Source: an uncultured delta proteobacterium (GTDB taxonomy: Bacteria; Desulfobacterota; Desulfomonilia; UBA1062). From it: 64,000 nt of DNA. Position 1 is the first letter of the stretch. Every line of letters begins with the position of its first letter. The notes under the pieces were generated by a model. That model saw nothing but the letters and a program-made list of their open reading frames with translations. It searched no databases and was not told where the DNA came from. The translations under genes and the position numbers were made by a program. Positions 60,163-64,000 of this stretch are shown here, one piece after another. The DNA lies in the NCBI GenBank assembly GCA_963798485.1, contig CAWCTR010000021.1, positions 1 through 64,000 on the forward strand, in the 5' to 3' direction.

Positions 60163-61510
60163 TGTGGTCATTATCGGTGCCGGACCTGCCGGGATATTTG
60201 CAGCACTCGAGCTTATAAGTGCAGATCCCTCTATGAAGATTGTCATCATAGAGCAGGGCAACGATATCCATAAAAGGACAAGAACCGGCAGAGAGATGCT
60301 TATCGGATGGGGAGGGGCAGGGGCATACAGCGATGGGAAGCTCACCATATCCACGGATGTGGGAGGCCAACTCTCAACCATCATCTCGGATGACGAACTG
60401 TTCAAGATGCTTGAGTACGTTGACGCACTGTATACCCGGTATGCACCTTCAAGTGATCTGTTTGCCTTGGAGAGTGATGAGGCAGGAAAGATCTCGGCCC
60501 AGGCCAGGCTTGCAGGCCTGGTATATATCCCCACAAAGATAAGGCACATCGGCACGGAAAACCTCCTGGTCACCCTTGAGAATCTCAGGCTATACCTCGA
60601 TGGCAAAGTCGATATGATATTCAATACGCACGTTGAAGAAATCCTTAATCAAGACCTTAGGGTTACCGGGGTGAGGTTGTCTGACGGAACAGTTATTGAT
60701 TCTCCTCGGGTCATTGCGGCGCCAGGCCGGGTGGGTTCGTCCTGGATGTCGAACCAGGCTAAGCGATTAGGGCTCGAAACACACCCGAACCCTGTAGACC
60801 TGGGGGTACGTGTAGAGCTTCCTGCCGTGATCATGGAGCATCTTACCTGCAGGGCCTATGAGACAAAATTCGTCTACTACTCCCGTACCTTCGACGATAA
60901 GGTAAGGACATTTTGCATGAATCCCTATGGAGAGGTCGTCATCGAGACCCTGGGTGATATCGTGACGGTCAACGGTCATTCTTGGGCCACAAAACGCACG
61001 GAAAACACGAACTTTGCCTTACTTGTGAGCGCTGATTTCACGGAACCATTCGACGACCCTATCGGGTATGGCGAATCAGTGGCCAAGCTCGCCAACATGC
61101 TCGGCAAGGGGGCAATCGTGCAAAGGCTGGGAGACCTCCTCGGCGGCAGGCGGACCACCCCCGAGAGGCTTCGGAAATGCTCCACCAGGCCCACCTTGAG
61201 GCAGGCCACACCAGGCGATCTGAGCTACTGCCTCCCCTATCGAATACTTACGGACATAGCCGAGATGCTCTCGAGCCTTGACCGTGTCGCCCCGGGGGTA
61301 AACTCTGCACACACCCTGCTCTATGGTATCGAGGTCAAGTTCTACTCCAACCGACCCAGGCTTGACGGCAACCTTATGTCCCAAATCGAAGGCCTCTATA
61401 TCATAGGCGATGGCGCGGGCATAACCAGGGGCCTCATCCAGGCGAGCTGCTCCGGGATTATAGCAGCGAGATCCGTGCTCAAGGAAAATCAATCACCTAT
61501 TCAAGAATGA
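60155..61510 (+). CDS. FAD-dependent oxidoreductase of unknown substrate
   Basis: Motifs IGAGPAG, GGAGAYSDGKL, RHIGT, GVRVE, RTFCMNP.G, EVKFYS, GDGAG.TRG. Confidence 0.88.
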   Translation: MADVVIIGAGPAGIFAALELISADPSMKIVIIEQGNDIHKRTRTGREMLIGWGGAGAYSDGKLTISTDVGGQLSTIISDDELFKMLEYVDALYTRYAPSSDLFALESDEAGKISAQARLAGLVYIPTKIRHIGTENLLVTLENLRLYLDGKVDMIFNTHVEEILNQDLRVTGVRLSDGTVIDSPRVIAAPGRVGSSWMSNQAKRLGLETHPNPVDLGVRVELPAVIMEHLTCRAYETKFVYYSRTFDDKVRTFCMNPYGEVVIETLGDIVTVNGHSWATKRTENTNFALLVSADFTEPFDDPIGYGESVAKLANMLGKGAIVQRLGDLLGGRRTTPERLRKCSTRPTLRQATPGDLSYCLPYRILTDIAEMLSSLDRVAPGVNSAHTLLYGIEVKFYSNRPRLDGNLMSQIEGLYIIGDGAGITRGLIQASCSGIIAARSVLKENQSPIQE

Positions 61511-61562
61511 AATCAAAGAATGGGATCATGATCTGCACTCCACCCGAGCCACATCGGATTTA

Positions 61563-63468
61563 TCAGCCGATTATCGTCCTCAATCTTTTTATCACGCCCG
61601 GAAAATGATGCTGGTCGGTGTGCGGCAGGAAGAGCGCAGCCATATACTGATCCATATAACCCGGGAAGGTGCTCAGATCGATATAGGTCATCCGTTTGGT
61701 CAATACCATCTGGGCATCTCTGATTTCCTTGGATAGGAGGCAAAGGCCTGACCCCAACAGAGAGGCATTCCCGAGGTAATGGAACCTCTCAACAGGTATT
61801 TCAGGGAGCAGGCCGATGACTATGGCATTATCGAGGTTAAGGAACCGGCCGAATCCGCCTGCTATATAAAACATGGAAATATCGTGGTAGGTGATGCCGA
61901 CCTGCTTGAGCAGTAAAGAGGCGGCTGAATAGATGGCGGCCTTGGCGCGCATGAGATTATCGATGTCGTTTTCGCTGAGTATTATGGGTCTGCCGCTGCA
62001 TGAGTCCTGGGCCTCTGAGAGTGTATAATAAGCCCGTCTGCCGTTGATGTGTATGAACGGGCTTGGCCTGGTCCGGTCGAATTTCCCTGAAGGATCTATC
62101 CAGCCTGTCAGGAAGAGCCCGGCAATCAGATCTATCATGCCGGACCCACAAATGCCCGACGGATTACCCTTGCCGATGGTAGTGTACCGGGCCCTGCCGG
62201 TATCCGGATCGATACTCACCGAGTCTATGGCGCCAATGGTGGCCCGCATGCCGCAATCGATGCCGCTGCCTTCAAAGGCCGGTCCAGCAGAACAGGCGCA
62301 GGTCATGAGAAAATCCTTGTTGCCCACCACGATTTCACCATTGGTGCCGATATCCATGAAGAGGCAGATATTGTCGGTATTTTTTGCAAGGTCTGTCGTG
62401 AGGAGTCCTGCGGTGATGTCCCCACCCACATAGCTGCCCACACAGCCAGACAGGGTAACAAAGGCTTGCGCGTGGATGTCGAGCCCCAGTTCCGAGGCTT
62501 GTAATGGTGCCGTGTGCAGCATCGTTGGCGTATAGGGCTCCAGCCGCAGGTATTCCGGTTTGAGACCCAGGAACAGATGCGTCATGATGGTATTGCCCGA
62601 TATGCGGCAACAGGTGATTGCTTCCTTTCTGTGGTGGGAATCCGTGGTGGCCTCAACAATAAGACGGTTCACGGAATGCACGGCACGTGCCCGCAGGTCC
62701 TCCAGCCGCTCCTTGGTAGCGGCGTAATTGATCCTGCTTATGACATCGAGCCCGCAGTGGACCTGGTCGTTGTACCCGTTTCTGGTTGATACCACCTTGC
62801 CGCTTTCCAGGTCGATGAGCTGCACGGAGATGGTCGTGGTCCCGAGGTCAACGGCTATCCCAAGGTTCATGGAAGCATTTTCACCGCTTATGATATCAAT
62901 GACACGGGCCTGGTAGTCATTCGCGGCTACGGTCAGTGTCACCAGGCCGTCCTGTTCACGCAAGGCATCTGCGAGTTTCCGTACGACCGGTAAAGGGTAG
63001 GCGATATCCTGATCCGGGAAAAGTGCAATGAGGCTGCCATCAACCCTGTCAAGGTCCGACAGGCCGTCTTCCCGTCCGGGTTTGGGGATGGACAAGCTGA
63101 CTTTTTCCGTGAGGGGGGAAAGGTGGGGCAGGGGAGGAACAGTGTTCACAGATGGGATCGATGCTGTCATCCATACCCGCAGTCGTCGCATGGGCGGACT
63201 GATCAGGGATGTTGATGGTGACATCGGATGTAACTGATGACCGGCAGGCAATGACAAACCCGGATTCCCTCTCTTCATCGCTTGGTGCAATGCCCGATTT
63301 TTCAGCGATGGTTCCCTGGTCCACCCGGACAAGGCATTTCCCGCAGGTGCCTTTTCCCCCGCAGGGAAGGTCGATCATGACCCCTGCTACGAGTGCTGCA
63401 TCGGAAAGCAACGTGCCGGAAGGGACGTCTATGGTTTTCTTGCTGGGAAGAAAGGTTATTTCCGGCAT
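61563..63468 (-). pseudogene. RACo-type ASKHA ATPase (reductive activator of corrinoid proteins, DUF4445) with N-terminal [2Fe-2S] domain, split by a frameshift near 63113-63160
   Basis: The 5' frame has CGGKGTCGKC...AC. The 3' frame has VDLGTTT, DVISRI, VGGDI, DIGTNGE, SAGPAFEG, GICGSG, AGGFG, GNASL. The two frames overlap across a C/G-rich tract. Confidence 0.8.
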
Positions 63469-63490
63469 ATTGATTTCAGTCTTACCTTTA

Positions 63491-63769
63491 TTAATGAACC
63501 CTTTTTAGAATCTGCTGATAGATCTTTTCCCTGTGTATGATGCCAAGAATCAGAATAGTATCACCCTTGATTTTGAATACGATCCTATATTCACCCACTC
63601 TCAGGCGCCAGTATCCCTTCAGCGATCTTTGCAACGGTTTGGCGAATTTTTCAGGTTGTATTGCCAGGCGATCTTCGATTGCCTTCCTGATGATTGCCTT
63701 GTTTCTTTCGTCTATCTCTTTCAGATCACTCTTCTTAACGTCGGCATGGTATACGAAGGTATATGCCAT
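63491..63769 (-). CDS. RelE/ParE-family toxin
   Basis: 92 aa; KPL..SLKGYWRLRVGEYRIVF and HRE.IY. Confidence 0.9.
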   Translation of the reverse strand: MAYTFVYHADVKKSDLKEIDERNKAIIRKAIEDRLAIQPEKFAKPLQRSLKGYWRLRVGEYRIVFKIKGDTILILGIIHREKIYQQILKRVH

Positions 63770-63778
63770 CTGGACAAA

Positions 63779-64000
63779 TCAGGACCATACATCGTCGTGG
63801 GATAGGGGGGGCATATCATCCAGGGTCTTTTCCCTGTTCTCGGCGAGATCTGCAAGGATGAGATCTTCCTCTATTTCCAGCGCCTCTTTGATGAGATCGC
63901 TTGCCTTATTCGATATGGATACACCTTCTTTCTTGGCAAGAAAGCGCACTTTCAGATACACCTGCTCATTTAAAAGGACGTTGATTCTCGGATTCCTTGC
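63779..64000 (-). CDS. Antitoxin (RHH-like N-terminus), start just beyond the window edge
   Basis: Frame stays open to the window end (ARNPRINVLLNEQVY...). C-terminal ED..L...A..R...SHDDVW pattern; directly upstream of the relE-like gene. Confidence 0.85.
   Translation of the reverse strand, partial: ARNPRINVLLNEQVYLKVRFLAKKEGVSISNKASDLIKEALEIEEDLILADLAENREKTLDDMPPLSHDDVWS

Overview
The window looks like chromosome from an anaerobic, deltaproteobacterium-like (Desulfobacterota/Syntrophales-type) organism; this taxonomy is inferred from gene content only. Most of it is ordinary housekeeping and acyl-CoA metabolism: gatCAB-mtnA, tilS-mfd-PPIase-uvrA, rpsP-khpA-rimM-trmD-rplS-rnhB, class III RNR with tandem NrdR boxes, MoxR-DUF58-transglutaminase, lptFG, a membrane pyrophosphatase, two long-chain acyl-CoA ligases, and an IclR-linked 2-hydroxyacyl-CoA dehydratase/benzoyl-CoA-reductase-family operon. 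The most unusual part is the first 2.3 kb. It opens with the 3' end (domain VI) of a group II intron, followed by an AT-rich island. In that island, three degenerate, co-oriented copies of a ~100-120 bp element with nearly fixed internal spacing lie ~1.05-1.1 kb apart and bracket two single envelope-protein ORFs. This resembles a cassette array, but the sites are not integron attC sites, and the intron appears to sit inside the first copy. Other points of interest: two CoA-transferase-GNAT fusion paralogues, one lacking the catalytic Glu; an antisense receiver gene wedged between nrdD and nrdG; a probable ATT start codon for lptG; a frameshifted RACo-type gene; and an inverted pair of GTAG-family REP elements. 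All calls come from reading motifs by eye; no database searches were run.
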